A stretch of DNA of 64,000 nucleotides, from the NCBI RefSeq assembly GCF_009914755.1, contig NC_060937.1. One strand, 5' to 3'. The position numbers and the translations under genes were made by a program. The notes beneath the pieces are model-generated. The model did not search any database, was not told where the DNA came from, and saw nothing but the letters and a program-made list of their open reading frames with translations. Shown piece by piece: positions 14,401-30,700 of the stretch; within the stretch, counting starts at the first letter, position 1, and each line of letters starts with the position of its first letter. Source of the stretch: the human T2T-CHM13v2.0 reference genome, Homo sapiens.

Positions 14401-17400
14401 TATTATATGCTGCACATAAAATATCAAAGTACCCAAAGTATGTATTATATACTGTACATAAAATATCAAAGTACCCAAAGTATATATTATATACTGTACA
14501 TAAAATATAAAATACCCCAAATATATATTATATCCTGTACATAAAATATCAAAGTACCCAAAATATATATTGTAAACTGTACATAAAATATCAAAGTAGC
14601 CAAAATATATATTGTATACTGTACATAAAATATAAAAGTACCCCAAATATGTATTATATACTGTACATAAAATATCAAAGTACCGATAATACATATTATA
14701 TACTGTACATAAAATATCAAAGGACCCAAAATAAACATTATATATTGTACATAAAATATCCAAATACTCAAAATATATATTACATACTGTACATAAAATA
14801 TCAAAGTACCCAAATTATGTACTATATACTGTACGTAAAATATCAGAGTACCCAAAATATGCATTATATACTGTACATAAAATATGAAAGTAACAAAACA
14901 TTTATAATAAACTGTACATAAAATATCAAAGTACTCAAACTATATATCATATACTGTACATAAAATATCAAAGTACCCAAACTGTGTATTATTATATACT
15001 GTATATAAAATATCAAAGTACCTGAAATATATATTGTATACTGTACATAAAATATCAAAGTACCCAAAATATATACTATATACTGTACATAAAATATGAA
15101 GGTACATCAAATATATATTATATCCTGTACATAAAATATCAAAGTACACCTATTATATATTGTGTACTGTACATAATATATTAAATCACCCAAATATATA
15201 TTGTATACTGTATATAAAATATGAAGGTACTTCAAATATATATTATATGCTGCACATAAAATATCAAAGTACCCAAGGTATGCATTACATACTGTACATA
15301 AAATATCAAAGTACACAAATTATATATTATATACTGTACATAAAATATGTAGGTTCATCAAATATATTTTATATTCTGTACATAATATATCAAAGTACAT
15401 CAAATATATATTATATACGGTACATAAAATATCAAATTACCCAAAATATATATTATTTACTGTACATAAAATATGAAAGTAACCAAACATTTATAATAAA
15501 CTGTACATAAATTATCAAAGTACTCAATCTACATATTATATACAGTATATAAAATATCAAAGTACACAAACTGTATATTATATACTGTACATAATATGTC
15601 AAAGTACCCAGAATATATAGCATACTGTACATACAATATCAAAGTACCCAGAATGTATATTGTATACTGTACATAAAATATGAAGGTACATCAAAGATAT
15701 ATTATATTCTGTACATAAAATATCAAAGTACACCAAATATATATTATATGCTGTACATAATATATTAAAGTTGCCCATGTATACATTTTATACTGTACAT
15801 AAAATATGAAGGTACATCAAATATATACTATATGCTGCACATAAAATATCAAAGTATCCAAAGTATGTATTATATACTGTACATAAAATATCAAAGTACC
15901 AAACGTATATATTACCTACTGTAAATAAAATATGAAGGTACCTCAAATATATATTATATTCTGTACATGAAATATCAAAGTACACCAAGTATATACTATA
16001 TACTCTACATAAAATATTAAATTACCCAAAATATGTATTGTATTGTGTACATAAAATATGAAAGTAACCAAACATTTATAATAAACTGTACATAAAATAT
16101 CAAAGTACTCAAACTTTATATTATATACTGTACATAAAGTATCAAAGTACCCAAACTGTGTAGTATATACTGTACATAAAATATCAAGGTACCCAAAATG
16201 TATATTGTAAACTGTAGATAAAATATCAAAGTACCCAAAATATATATTATATACTGTACATAAAATATGAAGGCACATCCAATATATATTATATTCTGTA
16301 CATAAAATATCAAAGTACACCAAATGTATATTATATACTGTACATAAAATATAAAAGTACCCCAAATATATATTATATACTCTACATAAAATATCAAAGT
16401 ACCCAAAATATATATTATACACTGTACATAAAATATCAAAGTACCCATAGTATGTATTATATCCTGTACATAAAATATGAAGGTACATCAAATATATATT
16501 CTATTCTGCACATAAAATATCATATTGCACCAAATATATATTGTATACTGTATATAAAATATGAAGGTACTTCAAATATATATTATATGCTGCACGTAAA
16601 ATATCAAAGTACCCAAAGTATGCATTACATACTGTACATAAAATATCAAAGTACCCAAAGTGTATATTATATACTGTACATAAAATATGAAGGTTCATCA
16701 AATATATTTTATATTCTGCACATAATATATGAAAGTACAGCAAATATATATTATATACTGTACATAAAATAACAAAGTACCAAAAATATGTATTATATAC
16801 TGTACATAAAATATGAAAGTAACCAAATATTTATAATAAACTGTATATAAAATATCAAAGTACTCAAACTACATATTATATACAGTATATAAAATATCAA
16901 AGTACCCAAACTGTATATTATATACTGTACATACTATATCAAAGTACCCGAATATATAGCATACTGTACATAAAATATCAAAGTACCCAAAATATATATT
17001 GTATACTGTACATAAAATATGAAGGTACATCAAAGATATATTATATTCTGTACATAAAATATCAAATTACACCAAATATATATTATATGCTGTACATAAT
17101 ATATTAAAGTCGACCAAATATATATTATATACTGTACATAAAATATGAAGATACATCAAATATATATTATATGCTGCACATAAAATATCAAAGTACCCAA
17201 AGTATGTATTATACACTGTACATAAAATATCAAAGTACCAAAAGTATATATTACATACTGTAAATAAAATATGAAGGTACCTCAAATATATATTATATTC
17301 TGTACATAAAATATCAAAGTACACCAAGTATATACTATATACTCTGCATAAAATATTAAATTACCCAAAATATGTATTGTATTGTGTACATAAAATATGA

Positions 17401-18577
17401 AAGTAACCAAACATTTATAATAAACTGTACATAAAATATCAAAGTACTCAAACTGTATATTATATACTGTACATAAAGTATCAAAGTACCCAAACTGTGT
17501 AGTATATACTGTACATAAAATATCAAGGTACCCAAAATATATATTGTAAACTGTAGATAAAATATCAAAATACCCAAACTATATATTATATACTGTACAT
17601 AAAATATGAAGGCACATCAAATATATATTATATTCTGTACATAAAATATCAAAGTACACCAAATGTATATTATATACTGTACATAAAATATCAAAGTACC
17701 CAAAGTGTATATTATATACTGTACATAAAATATGAAGGTTCATCAAATATATTTTATATTCTGCACATAATATATCAAAGTACAGCAAATATATATTATA
17801 TACTGTACATAAAATATCAAAGTACCCAAAATATGTATTATATACTGTACATAAAATATGAAAGTAACCATTTATAATAAACTGTACATAAAGTAACAAA
17901 GTACTCAAACTACATATTATATACAGTATATAAAATGTCAAAGTACCCAAACTGTATATTATATACTGTACATAATATATCAAAGTACCCGAATATATAG
18001 CATACTGTACATAAAATATCAAAGTACCCAAAGTGTGTATTATACACTGCACATAAAATATGAAGGTACATAAAATATATATTGTATTCTGTACATAAAA
18101 TATCAAAGTACTCCAAATATATATTATATGCTGTACATAATATATTAAAGTCGCCCAAATATATATTATATACTGTACATAAAATATGAAGGTACATCAA
18201 ATATATATTATATGCTGCACATAAAATATCAAAGTACCCAAAGTATGTGTTATATACTGTACATAAAATATCAAAGTACCCAAAGTATATATTATATACT
18301 GTACATAAAATATAAAATACCCCAAATATATATTATATGCTGTACATAAAATATCAAAGTACACAAAATATGTATTATATACTGTACATAAAATACCAAA
18401 GGACCCAAAATATATATTATATACTGTACATAAAATATCAAAATACCCAAAATATATATTATATACTGTACATAAAATACCAAAGTACCCAAAGTATATA
18501 TTATATACCGTACAAAAAATATCAAAGTAGCCAAAATATGTATTATACACTGTACATAATATATGAAAGTACCCAAA
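11467..18577. repeat. Two fused long HOR units (7111 bp) with a 543-bp deletion at ~14533 and extra 584/457-bp blocks at 16828-17868
   Basis: Equivalent 87-aa pseudo-ORFs end at 11489 and 18600. The CAATGTACTCAA...GTGCGGTAC block is absent in between. Two 294-bp cassettes are present (CATATTGCACC at ~13758 and ~16521). Confidence 0.8.
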
Positions 18578-21500
18578 CATTTATAATAAACTGTACATAA
18601 AATATCAATGTACTCAAACTATATATTATGTGCGCTACATAAGATATCAAAGTACCCATACTATATAGTATACACTGTACTTAAAATATCAAAATACCCA
18701 AAATATATATTATATAGGTTACGTAAACTATCAAACACACAAAGTATGTATTATATACTGTACATAAAATAGCAAAGTTCCCAAAATATGTATTATATAC
18801 TGTACATAAAATATGAAAGTACCCAACCATTTATAATAAAGTCTACATAAAATACCAAAGTACCCAAACTGTGTATTATATACTGTCCATAAAATATCAA
18901 AGGACCCAAAATATATATCGTAAACTCTACATAAAATATCAAAGTAGCCAAAATACATATTGTATACTGTACATAAAATATAAAAGTACCCCAAATATAT
19001 ATTATATACTGTACATAAAATATCAAAGTACCCATAATACATATTATATACTGTACATAAAATATCAAAGGACCCAAAATAAACATTATATACTGTACAT
19101 AAAATATCCAAATACTCAAAATATATATTACATACTGTACATAAAATATCAAAGTACCCAAATTATGTATTATATACTGTATGTAAAATATCAGAGTACC
19201 CAAAATATGCATTATATACTGTACATAAAATATGAAAGTAACAAAACATTTATAATAAACTGTACATAAAATATCAAAGTACTCAAACTATATATCATAT
19301 ACTGTACATAAAATATCAAAGTACCCAAACTGTGTATTATTACATACTGTATATAAAATATCAAAGTACCTGAAATATATATTTTATACTTTACATAAAA
19401 TATCAAAGTACCCAATATATATACTATATACTGTACATAAAATATGAAGGTACATCAAATATATATTATATCCTGTACATAAAATATCAAAGTACTCCTA
19501 TTATATATTGTGTACTGTACATAATATATTAAATCGCCCAAATATATATTGCATACTGTATATAAAATATGAAGGTACTTCAAATATATATTATATGCTG
19601 CACATAAAATATCAAAGTACCCAAAGTATGCATTACATACTGTACATAAAATATCAAAGTACACAAATTATATATTATATTCTGTACATAAAATATGTAG
19701 GTTCATCAAATATATTTTATATTCTGTACATAATATATCAAAGTACATCAAATATATATTATATACGGTACATAAAATATCAAAGTACCCAAAATATGTA
19801 CTATTTACTGTACATAAAATATGAAAGTAACCAAACTTTTATAATAAACTGTACATAAAATATCAAAGTACTCAATCTACATATTATATACAGTATATAA
19901 AATATCAAAGTACACAAACTGTATATTATATACTGTACATAATATATCAAAGTACCCAGAATATATAGCATACTGTACATACAATATCAAAGTACCCAGA
20001 ATGTATATTGTATACTGTACATAAAATATGAAGGTACATCAAAGATATATTATATTCTGTACATAAAATATCAAAGTACACCAAATATATATTATATGCT
20101 GTACATAATATATTAAAGTTGCCCATGTATACATTTTATACTGTACATAAAATATGAAGGTACATCAAATATATAGTATATGCTGCACATAAAATATCAA
20201 AGTACCCAAAGTATGTATTATATACTGTACATAAAATATCAAAGTAGCAAAAGTATATATTACCTACTGTAAATAAAATATGAAGATACCTCAAATATAT
20301 ATTATATTCTATACATGAAATATCAAAGTACACCAAGTATATACTATATACTCTACATAAAATATTAAATTACCCAAAATATGTATTGTATTGTGTACAT
20401 AAAATATGAAAGTAACCAAACATTTATAATAAACTGTACATAAAATATCAAAGTACTCAAACTTTATATTATATACTGTACATAAAGTATCAAAGTACCC
20501 AAACTGTGTAGTATATACTGTACATAAAATATCAAGGTACCCAAAATGTATATTGTAAACTGTAGATAAAATATCAAAGTACCCAAAATATATATTATAT
20601 ACTGTACATAAAATATGAAGGCACATCCAATATATATTATATTCTGTACATAAAATATCAAAGTACACCAAATGTATATTATATACTGTACATAAAATAT
20701 AAAACTACCCCAAATATATATTATATACTCTACATAAAATATCAAAGAACCCAAAATATATATTATATACTGTACATAATATATCAAAGTACCCATAGTA
20801 TGTATTATATCCTGTACATAAAATATGAAAGTACGTCAAATATATATTCTATTCTGCACATAAAATATCATATTGCACCAAATATATATTGTATACTGTA
20901 TATAAAATATGAAGGTACTTCAAATATATATTATATGCTGCACATAAAATATCAAAGTACCCAAAGTATGCATTATATACTGTACATAAAATATCAAAGT
21001 ACCCAAAGTGTATATTATATACTGTACAAAAAATATGAAGGTTCATCAAATATATTTTATATTCTGCACATAATATATCAAAGTACAGCAAATATATATT
21101 ATATACTGTACATAAAATAACAAAGTACCAAAAATATGTATTATATACTGTACATAAAATATGAAAGTAACCAAATATTTATAATAAACTGTATATAAAA
21201 TATCAAAGTACTCAAACTACATATTATATACAGTATATAAAATATCAAAGTACACAAACTGTATATTATATACTGTACATACTATATCAAAGTACCCGAA
21301 TATATAGCATACTGTACATAAAATATCAAAGTACCCAAAGTGTGTATTCTACACTGCACATAAAATATGAAGGTACATAAAATATATATTGTATTCTGTA
21401 CATAAAATATCAAAGTACTCCAAATATATATTATATGCCGTACATAATATATTAAATTCGACCAAATATATATTATATACTGTACATAAAATATGAAGAT

Positions 21501-21884
21501 ACATCAAATATATATTATATGCTGCACATAAAATATCAAAGTACCCAAAGTATGTATTATATACTGTACATAAAATATCAAAGTACCCAAAGTATATATT
21601 ATATACTGTACATAAAATATAAAATACCCCAAATATATATTATATGCTGTACATAAAATATCAAAGTACACAAAATATGTATTATGTACTGTACATAAAA
21701 TATCAAAGGATCCAATATATATATTATATAGTGTACATAAAATATCAAAATACCCAAAATATATATTATATACTGTACATAAAATACCAAAGTACCCAAA
21801 GTATATATTATATACCGTACAAAAAATATCAAAGTAGCCAAAATATGTATTATACACTGTACATAATATATGAAAGTACCCAAA
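18578..21884. repeat. Long HOR unit, 3307 bp; near-identical copy of 5147-8453
   Basis: Pseudo-ORF coordinates are offset by exactly 13431 bp. Shared rare variants include GCGCTAC and GGATCC. Confidence 0.9.
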
Positions 21885-24727
21885 CATTTATAATAAACTG
21901 TACATAAAATATCAATGTACTCAAACTATATATTATGTGCGGTACATAAGATATCAAAGTACCCATACTATATAGTATATACTGTACTTAAAATATCAAA
22001 ATACCCAAAATATATATTATATACGTTACATAAACTATCAAATACACAAAGTATGTATTATATACTGTACATAAAATAGCAAAGTTCCCAAAATATGTAT
22101 TATATACTGTACATAAAATATGAAAGTACCCAACCATTTATAATAAACTCTACATAAAATACCAAAGTACCCAAACTGTGTATTATATACTGTCCATAAA
22201 ATATCAAAGGACCCAAAATATATATTGTAAACTCTACATAAAATATCAAAGTAGCCAAAATACATATTGTATACTGTACATAAAATATAAAAGTACCCCA
22301 AATATGTATTATATACTGCACATAAAATATCAAAGTACCCAAAGTATGCATTACATACTGTACATAAAATATCAAAGTACACAAATTATATATTATATTC
22401 TGTACATAAAATATGTAGGTTCATCAAATATATTTTATATTCTGTACATAATATATCAAAGTACATCAAATATATATTATATCCTGTACATAAAATATCA
22501 AAGTACCCAAAATATATATTGTAAACTGTACATAAAATATCAAAGTACCCAAAATATATACTATATACTGTACATAAAATATGAAGGTACATCCAATATG
22601 TATTATATCCTGTACATAAAATATCAAAGTACACCTATTATATATTGTGTACTGTACATAATATATTAAATCGCCCAAATATATATTGTATACTGTATAT
22701 AAAATATGAAGGTACTTCAAATATATATTATATGCTGCACATAAAATATCAAAGTACCCAAGGTATGCATTACATACTGTACATAAAATATCAAAGTACA
22801 CATATTATATATTATATAATATACATAAAATATGAAGGTTCATCAAATATATATTATATTCTGTACATAATATATCAAAGTACATCAAATATATATTATA
22901 TACTGTACATAAAATATCAAAGTACCAAAAATATGTATTATATACTGTACATAAAATATGAAAGTAACCAAACATTTATAATAAACTGTACATAAAATAT
23001 CAAAGTACTCAGTCTACATATTATATACAGTACATAAAATATCAAAGTACACACACTGTATATTATATACTGTACATAATATATCAAAGTACCCAGAATA
23101 TATAGCATACTGTACATAAAATATCAAAGTACCCAAAATATATATTGTATACTGTACATAAAATATGAAGGTACATCAAAGATATATTATATTCTGTACA
23201 TAAAATATCAAACTACACCAAATATATATTATATGCTGTACATAATATATTAAAGTTGCCCATATATACATTCTATACTGTACATAAAATATGACCGTAC
23301 ATCAAATATATAGTATATGCTGCACATAAAATATCAAAGTACCCAAAGTATGTATTATACACTGTACATAAAATATCAAAGTACCAAAAGTATATATTAC
23401 ATACTGTAAATAAAATATGAAGGTACCTCAAATATATATTATATTCTGTACATAAAATATCAAAGTACACCAAGTATATACTACATACTCTGCATAAAAT
23501 ATTAAATTACCCAAAATATGTATTGTATTGTGTACATAAAATATGAAAATAACCAAACATTTATAATAAACTGTACATAAAATATCAAAGTACTCAAACT
23601 GTATATTATATACTGTACATAAAGTATCAAAGTACCCAAACTGTGTAGTATATACTGTACATAAAATATCAAGGTACCCAAAATATATATTGTAAACTGT
23701 AGATAAAATATCAAAGTACCCAAAATATATATTATATACTGTACATAAAATATGAAGACACATCCAATATATATTATATTCTGTACATAAAATATCAAAG
23801 TACACCAAATATATATTATATACTGTACATAAAATATCAAAGTACCCAAAGTGTATATTATATACTGTACATAAACTATGAAGGTTCATCAAATATATTT
23901 TATATTCTGCACATAATATATCAAAGTACAGCAAATATATATTATATACTGTACATAAAATATCAAAGTACCCAAAATATGTATTATATACTATACATAA
24001 AATATGAAAGTAACCAAACATTTATAATACACTGTACATAAAGTATCAAAGTACTCAAACTACATATTATATACAGTATATAAAATGTCAAAGTACCCAA
24101 ACTGTATATTATATACTGTACATAATATATCAAAGTACCCGAATATATAGCATACTGTACATAAAATATCAAAGTACCCAAAGTGTGTATTATACACTGC
24201 ACATAAAATATGAAGGTACATAAAATATATATTGTATTCTGTACATAAAATATCAAAGTACTCCAAATATATATTATATGCTGTACATAATATATTAAAG
24301 TCGCCCAAATATATATTATATACTGTACATAAAATATGAAGGTACATCAAATATATATTATATGCTGCACATAAAATATCAAAGTACCCAAAGTATGTGT
24401 TATATACTGTACATAAATTATCAAAGTACCCAAAGTATATATTATATACTGTACATAAAATATAAAATGCCCCAAATATATATTATATGCTGTACATAAA
24501 ATATCAAAGTACACAAAATATGTATTATATACTGTACATAAAATACCAAAGGACCCAAAATATATATTATATACTGTACATAAAATATCAAAATACCCAA
24601 AATATATATTATATACTGTACATAAAATACCAAAGTACCCAAAGTATATATTATATACCGTACAAAAAATATCAAAGTAGCCAAAATATGTATTATACAC
24701 TGTACATAATATATGAAAGTACCCAAA
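21885..24727. repeat. Rearranged short HOR unit, 2843 bp (net -170 bp; mosaic junctions at ~22315-22560)
   Basis: Landmark interval 22135 to 22973 is 838 bp instead of 419+589 = 1008 bp. Confidence 0.8.
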
Positions 24728-27700
24728 CATTTATAATAAACTGTACATAAAATATCAATGTACTCAAACTATATATTATGTGCGGTACATAAGATATCAA
24801 AGTACCCATACTATATAGTATATACTGTACTTAAAATATCAAAATACCCAAAATATATATTATATACGTTACATAAACTATCAAATACACAAAGTATGTA
24901 TTATATACTGTACATAAAATAGCAAAGTTCCCAAAATATGTATTATATATATTATAAATATGTACATAAAATATGAAAGTACCCAACCATTTATAATAAA
25001 CTCTACATAAAACACCAAAGTACCCAAACTGTGTATTATATACTGTCCATAAAATATCAAAGTACCCAAAATATATATTGTAAACTCTACATAAAATATG
25101 AAAGTAGCCAAAACACATATTGTATACTGTACATAAAATATAAAAGTACCCCAAATATATATTATATACTGTACATAAAATATCAAAGTACCCATAATAC
25201 ATATTATATACTGTACATAAAATATCAAAGGACCCAAAATAAACATTATATACTGTACATAAAATATCCAAATACTCAAAATATATATTACCTACTGTAC
25301 ATAAAATATCAAAGTACCCAAATTATGTATTATATACTGTACGTAAAATATCAGAGTACCCAAAATATGCATTATATACTGTACATAAAATATGAAAGTA
25401 ACAAAACATTTATAATAAACTGTACATAAAATATCAAAGTACTCAAACTATATATCATATACTGTACATAAAATATCAAAGTACCCAAACTGTGTATTAT
25501 TATATACTGTATACAAAATATCAAAGTACCTGAAATATATATGTATACTGTACATAAAATATCAAAGTACCCAAAATATATACTATATACTGTACATAAA
25601 ATATGAAGGTACATCAAATATATATTATATCCTGTACATAAAATATCAAAGTACACCTATTATATATTGTGTACTGTACATAATATATTAAATCGCCCAA
25701 ATACATATTGTATACTGTATATAAAATATGAAGGTACTTCAAATATATATTATATGCTGCACATAAAATATCAAAGTACCCAAGGTATGCATTACATACT
25801 GTACATAAAATATCAAAGTAAACAAATTATATATTATATACTGTACATAAAATATGTAGGTTCATCAAATATATTTTATATTCTGTACATAATATATCAA
25901 AGTACATCAAATATATATTATATACGGTACATAAAATATCAAAGTACCCAAAATATGTATTATTTAATGTGCATAATATATGAAAGTAACCAAACATTTA
26001 TAATAAACTGTACATAAAATATCAAAGTATTCAATCTACATATTATATACAGTATATAAAATATCAAAGTACACAAACTGTATATTATATACTGTACATA
26101 ATATATCAAAGTACCCAGAATATATAGCATACTGTACATACAATATCAAAGTACCCAGAATGTATATTGTATACTGTACATAAAATATGAAGGTACATCA
26201 AAGATATATTATATTCTGTACATAAAATATCAAAGTACACCAAATATATATTATATGCTGTACATAATATATTAAAGTTGCCCATGCATACATTTTATAC
26301 TGTACATAAAATATGAAGGTACATCAAATATATAGTATATGCTGCACATAAAATATCAAAGTACCCAAAGTATGTATTATATACTGTACATAAAATATCA
26401 AAGTACCAAAAGTATATATTACCTGCTGTAAATAAAATACGAAGATACCTCAAATATATATTATATTCTGTACATAAAATATCAAAGTACACCAAGTATA
26501 TACTATATACTCTACATAAAATATTAAATTACCCAAAATATGTATTGTATTGTGTACATAAAATATGAAGGTAACCAAAGATTTATAATAAACTGTACAT
26601 AAAATATCAAAGTACTCAAACTTTATATTATATACTGTACATAAAGTATCAAAGTACCCAAACTGTGTAGTATATACTGTACATAAAATATCAAGGTACC
26701 CAAAATGTATATTGTAAACTGTAGATAAAATATCAAAGTACCCAAAATATATATTATATACTGTACATAAAATATGAAGGCACATCCAATATATATTATA
26801 TTCTGTACATAAAATATCAAAGTACACCAAATGTATATTATATACTGTACATAAAATATCAAAGTACCCAAAGTGTATATTATATACTGTACATAAACTA
26901 TGAAGGTTCATCAAATATATTTTATATTCTGCACATAATATATCAAAGTACAGCAGATATATATTATATACTGTACATAAAATATCAAAGTACCCAAAAT
27001 ATGTATTATATACTATACATAAAATATGAAAGTAACCAAACATTTATAATACACTGTACATAAAGTATCAAAGTACTCAAACTACATATTATATACAGTA
27101 TATAAAATGTCAAAGTACCCAAACTGTATATTATATACTGTACATAATATATCAAAGTACCCGAATATATAGCATACTGTACATAAAATATCAAAGTACC
27201 CAAAGTGTGTATTATACACTGCACATAAAATATGAAGGTACATAAAATATATATTGTATTCTGTACATAAAATATCAAAGTACTCCAAATATATATTATA
27301 TGCTGTACATAATATATTAAAGTTGCCCAAATATATATTATATACTGTACATAAAATATAAAGGTACGTCAAATATATAGTATATGCTGCACATAAAATA
27401 TCAAAGTACCCAAAGTATGTATTATATACTGTACATAAAATATCAAAGTACCCAAAGTATATATTATATACGGTACATAAAATATAAAATACCCCAAATA
27501 TATATTATATGCTCTACATAAAATATCAAAGTACACAAAATATGTATTATGTACTGTACATAAAATATCAAAGGACCCAAAATATATATTATATACTGTA
27601 CATAAAATATCAAAATACCCAAAATATATATTATATACTGTACATAAAATACCAAAGTACCCAAAGTATATATTATGTACCGTACAAAAAATATCAAAGT

Positions 27701-27749
27701 AGCCAAAATATGTATTATACACTGTACTTAATATATGAAAGTACCCAAA
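24728..27749. repeat. HOR unit of 3022 bp (3013 + 10-bp insertion - 1 bp); long/short recombinant
   Basis: Pseudo-ORF ends at 24750 and 27772. Insertion at ~24949-24960. Carries long-type variants (GTAGGTTC, TACAATATC, CTTTATAT) but lacks the 294-bp cassette. Confidence 0.8.
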
Positions 27750-30700
27750 CATTTATAATAAACTGTAAATAAAATATCAATGTACTCAAACTATATATTA
27801 TGTGCGGTACATAAGATATCAAAGTACCCATGCTATATAGTATATACTGTACTTAAAATATCAAAATACCCAAAATATATATTATATACGTTACATAAAC
27901 TATCAAATACACAAAGTATGTATTATATACTGTACATAAAATAGCAAAGTTCCCAAAATATGTATTATATACTGTACATAAAATATGAAAGTACCCAACC
28001 ATTTATAATAAACTCTACATAAAATACCAAAGTACCCAAACTGTGTATTACATACTGTCCATAAAATATCAAAGTACCCAAAATATATATTGTAAACTCT
28101 ACATAAAATATCAAAGTAGCCAAAATACATATTGTATACTGTACATAAAATATAAAAGTACCCCAAATATGTATTATATACTGTACATAAAATATCAAAG
28201 TACCCATAATTCATATTATATACTGTACATAAAATATCAAAGGACCCAAAATAAACATTATATACTGTACATAAAATATCCAAATACTCAAAATATATAT
28301 TACATACTGTACATAAAATATCAAAGTACCCAAATTATGTATTATATACTGTACGTAAAATATCAGAGTACCCAAAATATGCATTATATACTGTACATAA
28401 AAAATGAAAGTAACAAAACATTTATAATAAACTGTACATAAAATATCAAAGTACTCAAACTATTTATCATATACTGTAAATAAAATATCAAAGTACCCAA
28501 ACTGTGTATTATTATATACTGTATATAAAATGTCAAAGTACCTGAAATATATATTGTATACTGTACATAAAATATCAAAGTACCCAAAATATATACCATA
28601 TACTGTACATAAAATATGAAGGTACATCCAATATATATTATATCCTGTACATAAAATATCAAAGTACACCTATTATATATTGTGTACTGTACATAATATA
28701 TTAAATCGCCCAAATATATATTGTATACTGTATATAAAATATGAAGGTACTTCAAATATATATTATATGCTGCACATAAAATATCAAAGTACCCAAAGTA
28801 TGCATTACATACTGTACATAAAATATCAAAGTACACAAATTATATATTATATACTGTACATAAAATATGTAGGTTCATCAAATATATTTTATATTCTGTA
28901 CATAATATATCAAAGTACATCAAATATATATTATATACGGTACATAAAATATCAAAGTACCCAAAATATGTATTATATACTGTACATAAAACATGAAAGT
29001 AACCAAACATTTATAATAAACTATACATAAAATATCAAAGTACTCAAACTACATATTATATACAGTATATAAAATGTCAAAGTACCCAAACTGTATATTA
29101 TATACTGTACATAATATATCAAAGTACCCAGAATATATAGCATACTGTACATAAAATATCAAAGAACCCAAAATGTATATTGTATACTGTACATAAAATA
29201 TGAAGGTACATCAAAGATATATTATATTCTGTACATAAAATATCAAACTACACCAAATATATATTATATGCTGTACATAATATATTAAAGTTGCCCATAT
29301 ATACATTATATACTGTACATAAAATATGAACGTACATCAAATATATAGTATATGCTGCACATAAAATATCAAAGTACCCAAAGTATGTATTATATACTGT
29401 ACATAAAATATCAAAGTACCAAAATTATATATTACATACTGTAAATAAAATATGAAGGTACTTCAAATATATATTATATTCTGTACATAAAATATCAAAG
29501 TACACCAAGTATATACTATATATTCTGCATAAAATATTAAATTACCCGAAATATGTATTGTATTGTGTACATAAAATATGAAAGTAACCAAACATTTATA
29601 ATAAACTGTACATAAACTATCAAAGTACTCAAACTGTATATTATATACTGTACATAAAGTATCAAAGTACCCAAACTGTATAGTATATACTGTACATAAA
29701 ATATCAAGGTACCCAAAATATATATTGTAAACTGTAGATAAAATATCAAAGTACCCAAAATATATATTATATACTGTACATGAAATATGAAGGCACATCC
29801 AATATATATTATACTCTGTACATAAAATATCAAAGTACACCAAATGTATATTATATACTGTACATAAAATATCAAAGTACCCAAAGTGTATATTATATAC
29901 TGTACATAAAATATGAAGGTTCATCAAATATATTTTATATTCTGCGCATAATATATCAAAGTACAGCAAATATATATTATATACTGTAGATAAAATATCA
30001 AAGTACCCAAAATATGTATTATATACTGTACATAAAATATGAAAGTAACCAAACATTTATAATACACTGTACATAAAGTATCAAACTACTCAAACTACAT
30101 ATTATATACAGTATATAAAATGTCAAAGTACCCGAACTGTATATTATATACTGTACATAATATATCAAAGTACCCGAATATATAGCATACTGTACATAAA
30201 ATATCAAAGTACCCAAAGTGTGTATTATACACTGCACATAAAATATGAAGGTACATAAAATATATATTGTATTCTGTACATAAAATATCAAAGTACTCCA
30301 AATGTATATTATATACTGTACATAAAATATAAAACTCCCCCAAATATATATTATATACTCTACATAATATATCAAAGTACCCAAAATATATATTATATAC
30401 TGTACATAAAATATCAAAGTACCCATAGTATGTATTATATCCTATACATAAAATATGAAGGTACATCAAATATATATTCTATTCTGCACATAAAATATCA
30501 TATTGCACCAAATATATATTGTATACTGTATATAAAATATGAAGGTACTTCAAATATATATTATATGCTGCACATAAAATATCAAAGTACCCAAAGTATG
30601 CATTATATACTGTACATAAAATATCAAAGTACCCAAAGTGTATATTATATACTGTACATAAAATATGAAGGTTCATCAAATATATTTTATATTCTGCACA

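Noticed and set aside
23428-24021. Longest ORFs (197 aa, Cys/Tyr-rich 14-aa repeat) resembling a repeat or membrane protein
   Set aside because: They are simply 14 consecutive indel-free monomers and recur at the same position in short HOR copies. There is no support for translation.
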